This document shows positions 10,982 to 19,562 of a stretch of 64,000 bases of DNA, one piece after another. The DNA lies in NCBI GenBank assembly GCA_963665275.2, contig CAXXIN010000004.1, positions 64,001 through 128,000 of the forward strand, in the 5' to 3' direction. How positions within the stretch are numbered: position 1 is the first letter of the stretch; each line of letters begins with the position of its first letter. The position numbers and the translations under genes are program-made. The stretch comes from Negativicutes bacterium. GTDB taxonomy: Bacteria; Bacillota; Negativicutes; UBA1444. The notes under the pieces are model-generated. The model saw only the letters and a program-made list of their open reading frames with translations, did no database searches and was not told the origin of the DNA.

Positions 10982-12355
10982 TCAGCCCTCCCTGCTCTTA
11001 GCTTCTGCGGAATTGATAACTTGCGGCGCCTTTTGTTTAATATCCCTCCATGCAGGTTGTTTATCTTTTTGATAGCTATAACTGGGTATGCTGCCAATGA
11101 CACGCAACCCCAGGAGCCGTTTTACATCTTCAGCGGTGTCAATCGTCTTGTAGAAATAATCAGCGAAGAAACTGGATGTGATTCCGGCAAATAGACCCAC
11201 CAGGCACGCAATAGCCACGTTTAACAGCCAACGCGGTCGGGCGGCTTTATTGGGCAACGCTGCAACATCAACCACCTGAACATTGGTCGGTTGCATAACT
11301 TCATTGATACGGGCATCCTCATATCGTTTTGAAAGCATGACATATAATTCTTGCGCCACGGTATAATTGAGCGTCAGGCGGGCCAGTCCCTGTTCTTTTG
11401 CCGGCAACATCGCCATTTCTTGTTCGTCCTTGTTGCTTAGCCGCTCTAAAGTTGCTCTCTGCGCCTGTCCAAGCGCCATTTCACCTCGGGCAATGCGGGC
11501 CAGTTCTTCATTCAGCTTGGCTCGATTTTCCGCCATAGCCGCCCGTAAAGTCAGCACTTTGGGGTGATTTTCCGTATAATTTTTTAGTAACCCAGCCATT
11601 TCTGCTTCCTGGTCCGCCAGACGATTTTTGTAGTTGGCAACAACGGCAGTGTCCGGCATAATCGTAGGGCTTCGCATCTGAGCCCAGGCTCTTTCGAGCG
11701 CCAGCTGATTATCAACTTCCAATTTTTTTATATTTGCCTGGCGTTCAATAAAACTTCTAGTCTGTTCGCTGATGGATACGGCCTGATTTTTTTGTTTATA
11801 TTCGACCACTGCTTTTTCGGCTGCATCCAAGTCGCGCTTCGCTTCTTCCATACGTCCGCCAATGAAAATTCGTGATTCTTTCCCCTGAAGTCTAACAATA
11901 TCAGTCAATTTCGCATTGAATGTAGTTAACAGGAAATCCGCCGCTTTTTGGGCCTTAACCGGTGATTCCGCCAGGATGCTCAAAATGAGCATTTCCGTAC
12001 CGCGTACCGGCTTTGCGTCTATTGCTTTGACCATTTCGGAATAAGGTGGTTTTTCTGCTTCATCAGCATACATATAGTCAATGACCGGCTGGACAACAGC
12101 TCTGCTTTTGACGATTTCCGCATAAGTCAATATTTGCTGTTGTACCATTTGTTCTGAGACCGGCGCTGAAACGGTGTCGGTCACGCCCCGTGGGTACTGA
12201 ATGCGTATGCTGACATTTCCCTCGTACTGTGTCGGTTGAAAATAGCTGAAAATCAGCGCGATAAGAATGGCGCTCCCAACTATTCCATAGACAATTTTTC
12301 GTCGCCGACCGATAATGGCCACTATATTACGCATCTCCATTTTTTCATCGTGCAT
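10982..12355 (-). CDS. Polysaccharide co-polymerase (GumC/Wzc transmembrane part)
   Basis: Two TMs flanking a long coiled coil; YTENHPKV; VVDVAALP..P..P; C-terminal EDVKRLLGLRVIGSIP. Confidence 0.88.
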   Translation of the reverse strand: MHDEKMEMRNIVAIIGRRRKIVYGIVGSAILIALIFSYFQPTQYEGNVSIRIQYPRGVTDTVSAPVSEQMVQQQILTYAEIVKSRAVVQPVIDYMYADEAEKPPYSEMVKAIDAKPVRGTEMLILSILAESPVKAQKAADFLLTTFNAKLTDIVRLQGKESRIFIGGRMEEAKRDLDAAEKAVVEYKQKNQAVSISEQTRSFIERQANIKKLEVDNQLALERAWAQMRSPTIMPDTAVVANYKNRLADQEAEMAGLLKNYTENHPKVLTLRAAMAENRAKLNEELARIARGEMALGQAQRATLERLSNKDEQEMAMLPAKEQGLARLTLNYTVAQELYVMLSKRYEDARINEVMQPTNVQVVDVAALPNKAARPRWLLNVAIACLVGLFAGITSSFFADYFYKTIDTAEDVKRLLGLRVIGSIPSYSYQKDKQPAWRDIKQKAPQVINSAEAKSREG

Positions 12356-12397
12356 GATTGTGCCTCCCATGGCTTATTTTTTTATGCGCCTGTTTTT

Positions 12398-13099
12398 TCA
12401 CCATGCGTTCGGATTGGCCATCCAAGTAATCATGTAGGCAGCATTGATCAGCGGGACGATGTCCTGTGCAAAGTCGATTCTGTGGTTTTCAGTCAGGTAC
12501 ACGATATCCCCTTGCTGAAGCGGATAATTCTTACTTGTATCGCCCTCTTTGAGCAATGCCATCAAATTGACTTTAAGCGGCGCTTCACCTTTTTGGTTTT
12601 TTCGAATGACATAGACTTTTGTTTTTGCCGCATTTTTTGTCCATCCTTTTGCGGCGCCAATTGCGTCCAAAAGATTTCTGCTCTTGTCCAGCTCGTAAGA
12701 TCCCGGTTGATTTACCTCTCCCAACACATAGACTCTTTCTGTGCCAAGTCGCACTATATTCACGCTGACGGTGGGATTAACATATAAGGATTCAAGTTTT
12801 CCTGTCAATAATTGAGAAAACTCTTTCGTTGTCATCCCTTGAGCCACAATTTCTCCCAGAAACGGATAAGTTATCTTCCCATCTGGCCGAATTGTAATCC
12901 CTTCAGGTTGCCCCATGGAAGGAAAACTGAGTTCAGGATAACCATAGACATTGATGGATAATACATCTCCCGAATGCAGCACATAATCATTTCCGGTCTG
13001 GGGCACACTCGGAACTTGGTTTGTATTGGCGACTGCTGCGTTTACCTGTGGTATAAAACCAAGAAGAAGAAAAAGAAGAATCAACATGCACTTTTTCAT
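12398..13099 (-). CDS. wza: Polysaccharide export protein, OPX/Wza family (Poly_export plus one SLBB domain)
   Basis: Signal peptide; YVLHSGDVLSINVY, IRPDGKITYPFLGEI, VYVLGEVNQPGSY, LQQGDIVY. Confidence 0.88.
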   Translation of the reverse strand: MKKCMLILLFLLLGFIPQVNAAVANTNQVPSVPQTGNDYVLHSGDVLSINVYGYPELSFPSMGQPEGITIRPDGKITYPFLGEIVAQGMTTKEFSQLLTGKLESLYVNPTVSVNIVRLGTERVYVLGEVNQPGSYELDKSRNLLDAIGAAKGWTKNAAKTKVYVIRKNQKGEAPLKVNLMALLKEGDTSKNYPLQQGDIVYLTENHRIDFAQDIVPLINAAYMITWMANPNAW

Positions 13100-13166
13100 C
13101 TGGAATCCTCCTTATTAATTGATTATGCGGCCCATTTCTTGACTGAAACGTAATAAATCCAATAAA

Positions 13167-13454
13167 TTACTGCTTGCTAGCTGCAAATATGGCTGTTGCT
13201 TTAATAAGAATTTCATTAGTCAACTCGAGGCCTTCCAAACGACGTTTCGTTTCTTTCAATTCTTTTTCCAACTGTACAACCTTTAAGCGAGCGGCCGGTT
13301 TTCTTTCACCAGTGTTTTTCATCCAATTTCTCAAGGTTTGATCGCTTATTTCAAATTTCTTTGCGGCTGATGCGATCGTGTTTCCGGGTTGTTGGCTGTA
13401 CGCTATCGCCTTCTTCTTGAATTCTTCAGGGTAACGATTTCCTTTTTTCGACAC
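13167..13454 (-). CDS. Solitary IS3-family OrfA-like HTH/leucine-zipper protein (no OrfB)
   Basis: RYPEEFKKKAI, AAKKFEISDQTLRNW (HTH), coiled coil, EILIKATAIFA; GGAGGAG RBS before GTG 13454. Confidence 0.8.
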   Translation of the reverse strand: MSKKGNRYPEEFKKKAIAYSQQPGNTIASAAKKFEISDQTLRNWMKNTGERKPAARLKVVQLEKELKETKRRLEGLELTNEILIKATAIFAASKQ

Positions 13455-13516
13455 GGCTATCTCCTCCATTGAGAAAATTCGGTTTCATCCCCCTGGCTCA
13501 GCTCTCGCATATCGGC

Positions 13517-13573
13517 CAAAAACAAAAGATTGCCTGACTATCGACGCTTAGCGCCTGCAGCCTGGCAATCTTG
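13517..13573 (-). terminator. Intrinsic terminator forming the riboswitch expression platform
   Basis: AAGATTGCC...GGCAATCTT stem followed by TTGTTTTT; the 5' arm lies inside the aptamer. Confidence 0.8.
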
Positions 13574-13640
13574 AACGGATAACCGTCGACAGACCCAGTG
13601 CTTTGCGTCACTGCCTTTTAGCAGTTTTGCCCAACGAGCA
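13553..13640 (-). ncRNA. c-di-GMP-I (GEMM) riboswitch aptamer
   Basis: GGGCAAA-ACTGCT-AAA-AGGCAGT-GACGCAAAGC-ACTGGGTCT...AAGATTGCCAGGCTGC matches the GEMM consensus; positions equivalent to Vc2 G20, C44, A47 and C92 are conserved. Confidence 0.9.
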
Positions 13641-13780
13641 TTATGAAGTTTAATGGAACCCTAACCTGATTGCACTTACGCTGTTGTTCCTAAGTCTCCC
13701 AACTTGATTCAAGTAAAAAAAACAAGATGCGATAGTTGCACATTCCCTATTTTTCGGCACTACCGACCCTCTACGGTTTG

Positions 13781-13810
13781 ATTGTATCCCAATTCGTTTC
13801 TAACTGTCAT
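13781..13810 (-). promoter_or_regulatory. Candidate sigma-A promoter of the polysaccharide operon leader
   Basis: ATGACA-N18-TACAAT. Confidence 0.4.
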
Positions 13811-13925
13811 TATCGCTTTTGTTTAACAAATACCAAAAAAAAAATGCGAGAGTTATACAACTCGCACAAAAGACTTTTGAAAACATTTAAGAATTCCTAT
13901 TTCACAAGATCGAATATAATAGGGA

Positions 13926-14849
13926 GTGGTTGCGTTGTCCAGACTCTTTACCTGGCTGTTTGTCCATCCACAATGGTTCATCGCCTATCGCGCCCGAAGG
14001 CCTTTTTCTCTGCCTTACACCTCAACTGGATTTACGATTATAAAACCCGCCCCGGGCAAGTTTTTTGCTGATCCTTTTGCGGTCACATACAACAATAGGA
14101 CCTATCTGATATTTGAAGAATACTTATTTGAAAAAGCAAAAGGGGTAATTAGTTTTGTTGAAATCGATGCAGCTGGAAACTCTTCAAAACCCCAAATAGT
14201 TCTTGAGCGTGATTATCATCTCTCCTACCCTTTTATCTTCCGCTGGAACGAAAAAATATATATGATACCGGAGACAGCCGCTAATAGCACGATCGAATTA
14301 TACTCAACGGACAACTTTCCCTATGAATGGAAATTAGAAAAAGTGATGATGCAGGGCCTGAAGGCACATGATACGACAATTTGGGTGTCTAATGGTCAGC
14401 TCTGGATGTTTGCTATAATTGACGCATCAACCGAACCTTATAGCAATTTATCGATATTTTATGCGGATGATCTGTTCGGAAATTGGAGTCCCCATCCTCA
14501 AAACCCTGTAGTTTCAGACAAAAGCAGGGCACGCCCGGCAGGAAATCTGTTTATCCACGAGGGGGCGCTAATCCGTCCAGGACAAAACTCACTCAAACGT
14601 TATGGTCACTCGATAAAGTTTAACAAGGTAGTATCTCTGACAAAAAGCAATTATCAGGAAACTGAGCTTTCACATTTTACTCCAGATTGGCATCCAGGGA
14701 ATTTATGCACCCACACTTATAATTTCAACGAGAGACTCGAAGTTATTGACGGAATGGAACCAAGAATTGATTGGTTCAAGCCCTATCGAAAAATTGTTTC
14801 AAAAATACATAAGCTGAGGAATTTTAATTCCTCAGCTTATAACGAATAG
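13926..14849 (+). CDS. Five-bladed beta-propeller, GH43/GINT1 N-terminal-like protein
   Basis: FFADPF, IFEEY, HLSYPF, YMIPET, HPQNPV, RARPAG, CTHTYN motifs; start may be TTG 13935. Confidence 0.72.
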   Translation: MVALSRLFTWLFVHPQWFIAYRARRPFSLPYTSTGFTIIKPAPGKFFADPFAVTYNNRTYLIFEEYLFEKAKGVISFVEIDAAGNSSKPQIVLERDYHLSYPFIFRWNEKIYMIPETAANSTIELYSTDNFPYEWKLEKVMMQGLKAHDTTIWVSNGQLWMFAIIDASTEPYSNLSIFYADDLFGNWSPHPQNPVVSDKSRARPAGNLFIHEGALIRPGQNSLKRYGHSIKFNKVVSLTKSNYQETELSHFTPDWHPGNLCTHTYNFNERLEVIDGMEPRIDWFKPYRKIVSKIHKLRNFNSSAYNE

Positions 14850-14855
14850 TTGCGG

Positions 14856-16184
14856 TTATTCAGTTTCGTGCCACCCCGCTACGTCCACCGTCCCTGCAAT
14901 CAAATCGCCAACCGGCAACGGCTCCGCCGCCAAATGGATGGCCTCCCTGATGAGCCGCTGCGCCTGGGCCGGATCAACGGTTTCACCAAAAAACAACGTA
15001 GCCAGCAAATCCCCCGATCCAACGTAATCGCCGCACCGTCGATGCAGTTTGATTCCTGCCGTCAGGTCAATTGCGTCGCCTTTTTTTGTCCTGCCAGCTC
15101 CCAGCAGAATCGCCGCACGGCCCAGGTCGGCCGAATCCATGCGGGCAATATATCCTTTTTGTTCGGCCCGCAGTTCAAGCGACCGGGATGCGCTTCCAAG
15201 CAAAGCCCTCTCTTGCACGACACGGGCGTCACCACCCTGCGCCGCAACAAATTCCTGAAATTTCGCCAACCCGGCGCCGTTATCGAGTATGTTTCGAATT
15301 CGCGCACTTGCTTCAGGAAGCTGCAAATCCGGCTGAGCCAACCGCAACAGTTGCACTGCCAAAAGGACGCAAAAATCACTTAGCCGCGCATCGCCGGAGC
15401 CGGACAGAACCTCGATCGCTTCCGCCACTTCCAGGCTGTTGCCGATGGCAGTTCCCAGAGGTTCCTCCATACTGCTGATGAGGGCCGCCGTTTCACGGCC
15501 AGCGCTTGTGCCGATATCGACCATCACCCCGGCGAGCTCCAGCGCATCAGACACGGTTTTCATGAAAGCGCCGCTGCCATATTTTACATCCAATAAAATT
15601 TTATCCGCACCGGCGGCTATTTTTTTGCTCATTACCGAGGCCGCGATCAGTGGGATACTGTCCACCGTGGCGGTGACATCGCGCAGCGCATATAGTTTGC
15701 CGTCAGCTGGAGCAAGGTCTGCGGTCTGCCCCATCACGGCCATTCCGACCCGCTGCACCTGTTCGATGAATTCGGCAGTTGTAAGGGATGTGCGAAAACC
15801 CGGTATGGACTCCAGTTTGTCGATCGTGCCGCCGGTGAATCCCAATCCTCTTCCTGACAGTTTGGCTACCTTCACACCGGCTGCCGCAACCAATGGAATC
15901 ACGATCAGCGTCGTAGTGTCAGCCACACCGCCTGTGCTATGCTTATCGACTTTCACTCCGTCTATCATCGAAAGATCCAACTGGGTCCCGGAATCTGCCA
16001 TCGCCAGGGTCAGCGCGACCGTTTCCGCTGATGAAAGTCCACGAAACCACACCGCCATCAGCCAGGCTGCCAGTTGATAATCCGGTATTTCGCCCGTGGT
16101 GCAACCCTGGATGATAAAACGGATTTCATCAGCCCCATGGAATCCGCCCTGTTTCTTCTTTTCGATCAGATCTACCATGCGCAT
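14856..16184 (-). CDS. pdp: Pyrimidine-nucleoside phosphorylase
   Basis: DKHSTGGV, SGRGLGFTGGTIDKLE, LYALRDVTATV. Confidence 0.95.
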   Translation of the reverse strand: MRMVDLIEKKKQGGFHGADEIRFIIQGCTTGEIPDYQLAAWLMAVWFRGLSSAETVALTLAMADSGTQLDLSMIDGVKVDKHSTGGVADTTTLIVIPLVAAAGVKVAKLSGRGLGFTGGTIDKLESIPGFRTSLTTAEFIEQVQRVGMAVMGQTADLAPADGKLYALRDVTATVDSIPLIAASVMSKKIAAGADKILLDVKYGSGAFMKTVSDALELAGVMVDIGTSAGRETAALISSMEEPLGTAIGNSLEVAEAIEVLSGSGDARLSDFCVLLAVQLLRLAQPDLQLPEASARIRNILDNGAGLAKFQEFVAAQGGDARVVQERALLGSASRSLELRAEQKGYIARMDSADLGRAAILLGAGRTKKGDAIDLTAGIKLHRRCGDYVGSGDLLATLFFGETVDPAQAQRLIREAIHLAAEPLPVGDLIAGTVDVAGWHETE

Positions 16185-16200
16185 TTTGCTTGCCCCCTCC

Positions 16201-17088
16201 CTATGCCCGGGGATGAGTCCGGTTGTAAACCTCTTTTAATCTTGTACGCGTGACATGGGTGTAAATTTGCGTGGTTGTAATATCGGCATGCCCCAGCATC
16301 TCCTGAACCGAGCGGAGATCCGCACCATGATCAAGAAGATGCGTGGCGAAAGAGTGGCGCAACATGTGTGGCGTCACTCTTACTGTTATGCCGACGCGCA
16401 GTGCGGCTTCCCGAATGATCAGCCAAAAAGCCTGCCGGGACATTGCATGGCCCCGTTGATTGAGAAACAGGGTATCCTCAATCGTGCGACTCAACAATTT
16501 GGGTCTTCCCCGTTTCAGATAGTCTTCCACCGCTTTTTGGGCGGTCCCCCCCATCGGCACGATCCGTTCTTTTGATCCTTTGCCGAAACAGCGGATGTAT
16601 CCCATCTCCAGGTTGAGTTCCGAGACTTTGAGTGTCACCAGTTCCGAAACCCTGACACCAGTCGCGTACATCAGCTCCAGCATGGCCCGGTCACGCAGCA
16701 GGGCTGGGGTCAAAGTTCCCGGTTGTTCAAGCAATAGTGCGATTTCGGTTTCGCCCAGCACTTTGGGCAACCGCTGCGGTATTTTCAAAGAATCGATCGT
16801 CCCCGAAGGATCTTTTTTCAGATGCCGTTCCCTGACCGCATATTGAAAAAAGCTGCGTATCGCAGCCAATTTGCGGGAAATAGAAGTAGCCCGCAAGCTT
16901 TTCAGCTGCAGGCTTCTCAGATAACCCACTACAGTATTGGCCTGAACCTGCGCCGGACTGTCGATCCGCTGTTCAGTGAGGTACGCGGCGAACTGGCGCA
17001 AATCTCTTTCATAGGCTTGGATCGTGTTGCGAGACAGGCCCCGCTCCACTGACATATAGTTCAAAAATTCCTGCATCAGATCATCCAT
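16201..17088 (-). CDS. xerD: Tyrosine recombinase XerD
   Basis: RDRAMLELMYATGVRVSE, GKGSKER, PHMLRHSFATHLL, LGHADITTTQIYTH; core synteny. Confidence 0.93.
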   Translation of the reverse strand: MDDLMQEFLNYMSVERGLSRNTIQAYERDLRQFAAYLTEQRIDSPAQVQANTVVGYLRSLQLKSLRATSISRKLAAIRSFFQYAVRERHLKKDPSGTIDSLKIPQRLPKVLGETEIALLLEQPGTLTPALLRDRAMLELMYATGVRVSELVTLKVSELNLEMGYIRCFGKGSKERIVPMGGTAQKAVEDYLKRGRPKLLSRTIEDTLFLNQRGHAMSRQAFWLIIREAALRVGITVRVTPHMLRHSFATHLLDHGADLRSVQEMLGHADITTTQIYTHVTRTRLKEVYNRTHPRA

Positions 17089-17100
17089 AGCCCACTCCCG

Positions 17101-18285
17101 TCAGTCCAGAACTATCCGTCCATAGACTCCGCCGCCGCCGCTCTTCACGGTAGCGGTCCCGCCCCGGACAGCTGAGAAGGCCGCAGCCGCTTTCCGTCCG
17201 GCAACACGTTGAATTTCGGTCAAGGGCACATGATGAATGAGATTCATTTCGGTCCCCAGTTCATTCACCAGTTTATCGAGAGTTTTGCCACCGACCCCTG
17301 GCAGCATCTGCAAGGGAACTTGATAATGATAGGCTGCCCTCGATGCAGGATGCGTTCCGGCCGGCAAATCAGCAATCTCCGCGATTCGCTCCGAAACCCC
17401 TTTCACCACTTTCCTGCCGCCACAGGCGGGGCAAATTCCGCTGTTCAGAGCCCCTGCAAAGATCACCCCGCATTGATCACAACAATTATTGTGGTACTTG
17501 CCGAGCCGGGGATCCATGCCGAAATTCCCGATGATGCAGCGTCCATTCTGGCGTCTGAACGCCAGAGCACATTCAGTGTAAGAAGGCTGTTCCAGTTCCA
17601 TCAGATTATATTCCCGACCGATTTTTTCCGGCGAATGGGCATCCGAGTTCGTCAGGAATTCGAAGCCCCACAGTTCTTTAATTTGATCGGCCATCTCAGA
17701 ATCAGCCGACAGCCCGAGCTCCACTGCCGCAATGTGCGAAAAATCAGCCACAGGCAACAAATCGGCTAAACGGTCGGTACAAACACCGAACAGGCTTTTA
17801 TGCGGAGTAAACGCGTGGGCCGGCACAAACAATGCCTGGTGCGAACGGGCAATTCCTTCCAAACGGCGAAAAGACATATGCGCATTTTGCGAACTCAGTC
17901 CAATATTTCGGATATGTCGAGACATTTCCTGCGACAGTTCCTGCATAGCCGCCAAATTCGGGAGATAGGCAAGAGAATGGCACATCCCGCCGCCTTCTTC
18001 ACAGGTTTCGATTTCGGCCCCCAGGATCAATGTGACTCCGTTGTGATAAAGATAACCACCACCCGCCTGCAGCACCAAACTTTCTTCGTCAATCAATCTC
18101 TGAATATCCTCCTGCACCCAGGGGGACAAGGCATCAACGATTCCGACAATCTGAATTCCCTTTCGCTGCAACGCTGTTTCCAGAATCGTTCGCACGGTCA
18201 GACGCCGGGAGGTCGGAATTTTAACCCAGCGGCCGGATTCGCTGATCCCAACATGGATGTGAAAATCGGCAAAGTATCGGTTCAT
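17101..18285 (-). CDS. Endonuclease Q family (TIGR00375/YqxK) PHP plus Zn-finger protein
   Basis: DFHIH, PAHAFTP, ELGLSADS, NSDAHS, GKYH..C..C...C..C. Confidence 0.9.
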   Translation of the reverse strand: MNRYFADFHIHVGISESGRWVKIPTSRRLTVRTILETALQRKGIQIVGIVDALSPWVQEDIQRLIDEESLVLQAGGGYLYHNGVTLILGAEIETCEEGGGMCHSLAYLPNLAAMQELSQEMSRHIRNIGLSSQNAHMSFRRLEGIARSHQALFVPAHAFTPHKSLFGVCTDRLADLLPVADFSHIAAVELGLSADSEMADQIKELWGFEFLTNSDAHSPEKIGREYNLMELEQPSYTECALAFRRQNGRCIIGNFGMDPRLGKYHNNCCDQCGVIFAGALNSGICPACGGRKVVKGVSERIAEIADLPAGTHPASRAAYHYQVPLQMLPGVGGKTLDKLVNELGTEMNLIHHVPLTEIQRVAGRKAAAAFSAVRGGTATVKSGGGGVYGRIVLD

Positions 18286-18818
18286 TTTCCGTCCTGGAGC
18301 AGGTACAGCCCGGTGATCGTCTTGGCGTCGCAGATCAGGCCCTCGCGGATCATCCGCCGGATATCCTTCGTTTCATAGGCCCCGACTTCCAAAAACTCAT
18401 CCTCATCAGGGTTGACCGCAGTTTTGACCAAATCACTGGCGATATACATATGGATAACTTCGTTTGTGAACCCCGGACCTGTAAGAATCGATGCACGTCG
18501 TTCCATCGTGCCGGCCCGGTAGCCGGTCTCCTCTTCCAATTCGCGCAGTGCGCAGGCATCCGGATCTTCTCCGGCATCCAGCTTGCCAGCGGGAATCTCA
18601 AGCAAAATCCGAGAGACCGGGTGCCGGAACTGTCGGACCAGCAGCACCCTGCCATCTGGTAATACTGGAACCACCGCTACCGCGCCAGGATGTTCCACCA
18701 CTTCGCGGGAGGCTTCCTTGCCATTTGGCAGCCGTACCATATCCCGCCGCAGGTTCACAATCTTGCCGTCATAAATTCGCTCGGTCGAAATAAAGGTCTC
18801 TTTCAGATTTTCATCCAT
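18282..18818 (-). CDS. nudF: ADP-ribose pyrophosphatase (Nudix)
   Basis: REVVEHPGAV, EIPAGKLD..E....ALRELEEETG. Confidence 0.9.
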   Translation of the reverse strand: MDENLKETFISTERIYDGKIVNLRRDMVRLPNGKEASREVVEHPGAVAVVPVLPDGRVLLVRQFRHPVSRILLEIPAGKLDAGEDPDACALRELEEETGYRAGTMERRASILTGPGFTNEVIHMYIASDLVKTAVNPDEDEFLEVGAYETKDIRRMIREGLICDAKTITGLYLLQDGK

Positions 18819-18852
18819 TCAATTCGTTCCTCTCTGCGGCTTGATTTCCTGG

Positions 18853-19551
18853 CTAAGCCTGCCAGGGGTAAAAGGTCCTGGGGGAGAGCGGCAGCATTGG
18901 CGCATCCGATTGGAAGCCTTCATACATCCAGTCTGGCAATACCAGCCATCGCAACGGCAATCCGGTCAGCTCCGAAACTTCCCTGACCACCTTCAGTCCC
19001 GCGTTCACATGCTCCGTTGTTGTCTCAGCGCCCAGATTCGTATTACTGACGAGACCTGTGACGGCAAGGCCGGAGGCGGCTTCGATATTCCGCATGGCGG
19101 TAAGCACCTCGGTTGCGTCCGCAGAAAACGGACGGCAGATATTCACGACCAGAAGTACTTCACAGCCATTATCCCGGATGCGGTCCCGGACCTGAGCCAA
19201 CACAATGGCTGATTTCGATCCCCCGACATCAATGATCACTCTGTAATCGTGACTGAATAAAACCCGTGTCAGCCCTTCCGGCATGATCGGCAGGTCGGAA
19301 TGAGCCAATGCTCCTTGCGGCATCACCACGGTGACCCCTTCATTTTCAAGGCGCTCCTTGTGCTCCCGCGTCCGGAAATAAGGTTTGGCCAGATCCATAT
19401 CGACAACGGCAGTCTTCATACCGGACTTCTGCATATAGGACGCCAGATTTACGGCCAGTTCCGTTTTGCCGCTGCCGAATTCTCCCACGAGAACCGTAAT
19501 GTGGGGTGCTTTTTCTTCCGTTTGGCGAAAGGCATTATAATCAAAACTCAT
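18853..19551 (-). CDS. Uncharacterised SIMIBI/MinD-like P-loop NTPase
   Basis: GEFGSGKTE, VDMDLAKPYFRTRE, IDVGG. Confidence 0.8.
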   Translation of the reverse strand: MSFDYNAFRQTEEKAPHITVLVGEFGSGKTELAVNLASYMQKSGMKTAVVDMDLAKPYFRTREHKERLENEGVTVVMPQGALAHSDLPIMPEGLTRVLFSHDYRVIIDVGGSKSAIVLAQVRDRIRDNGCEVLLVVNICRPFSADATEVLTAMRNIEAASGLAVTGLVSNTNLGAETTTEHVNAGLKVVREVSELTGLPLRWLVLPDWMYEGFQSDAPMLPLSPRTFYPWQA

Positions 19552-19562
19552 GATTGATTCCT

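Noticed and set aside
13100-13520. Complete IS3 element
   Set aside because: No orfB/DDE domain, terminal IRs or TSD were found, so it is reported as a solitary OrfA-like gene.
16201-18285. Tyrosine recombinase plus nuclease as a mobile or defence module
   Set aside because: Sequence and synteny match housekeeping xerD and EndoQ/YqxK.
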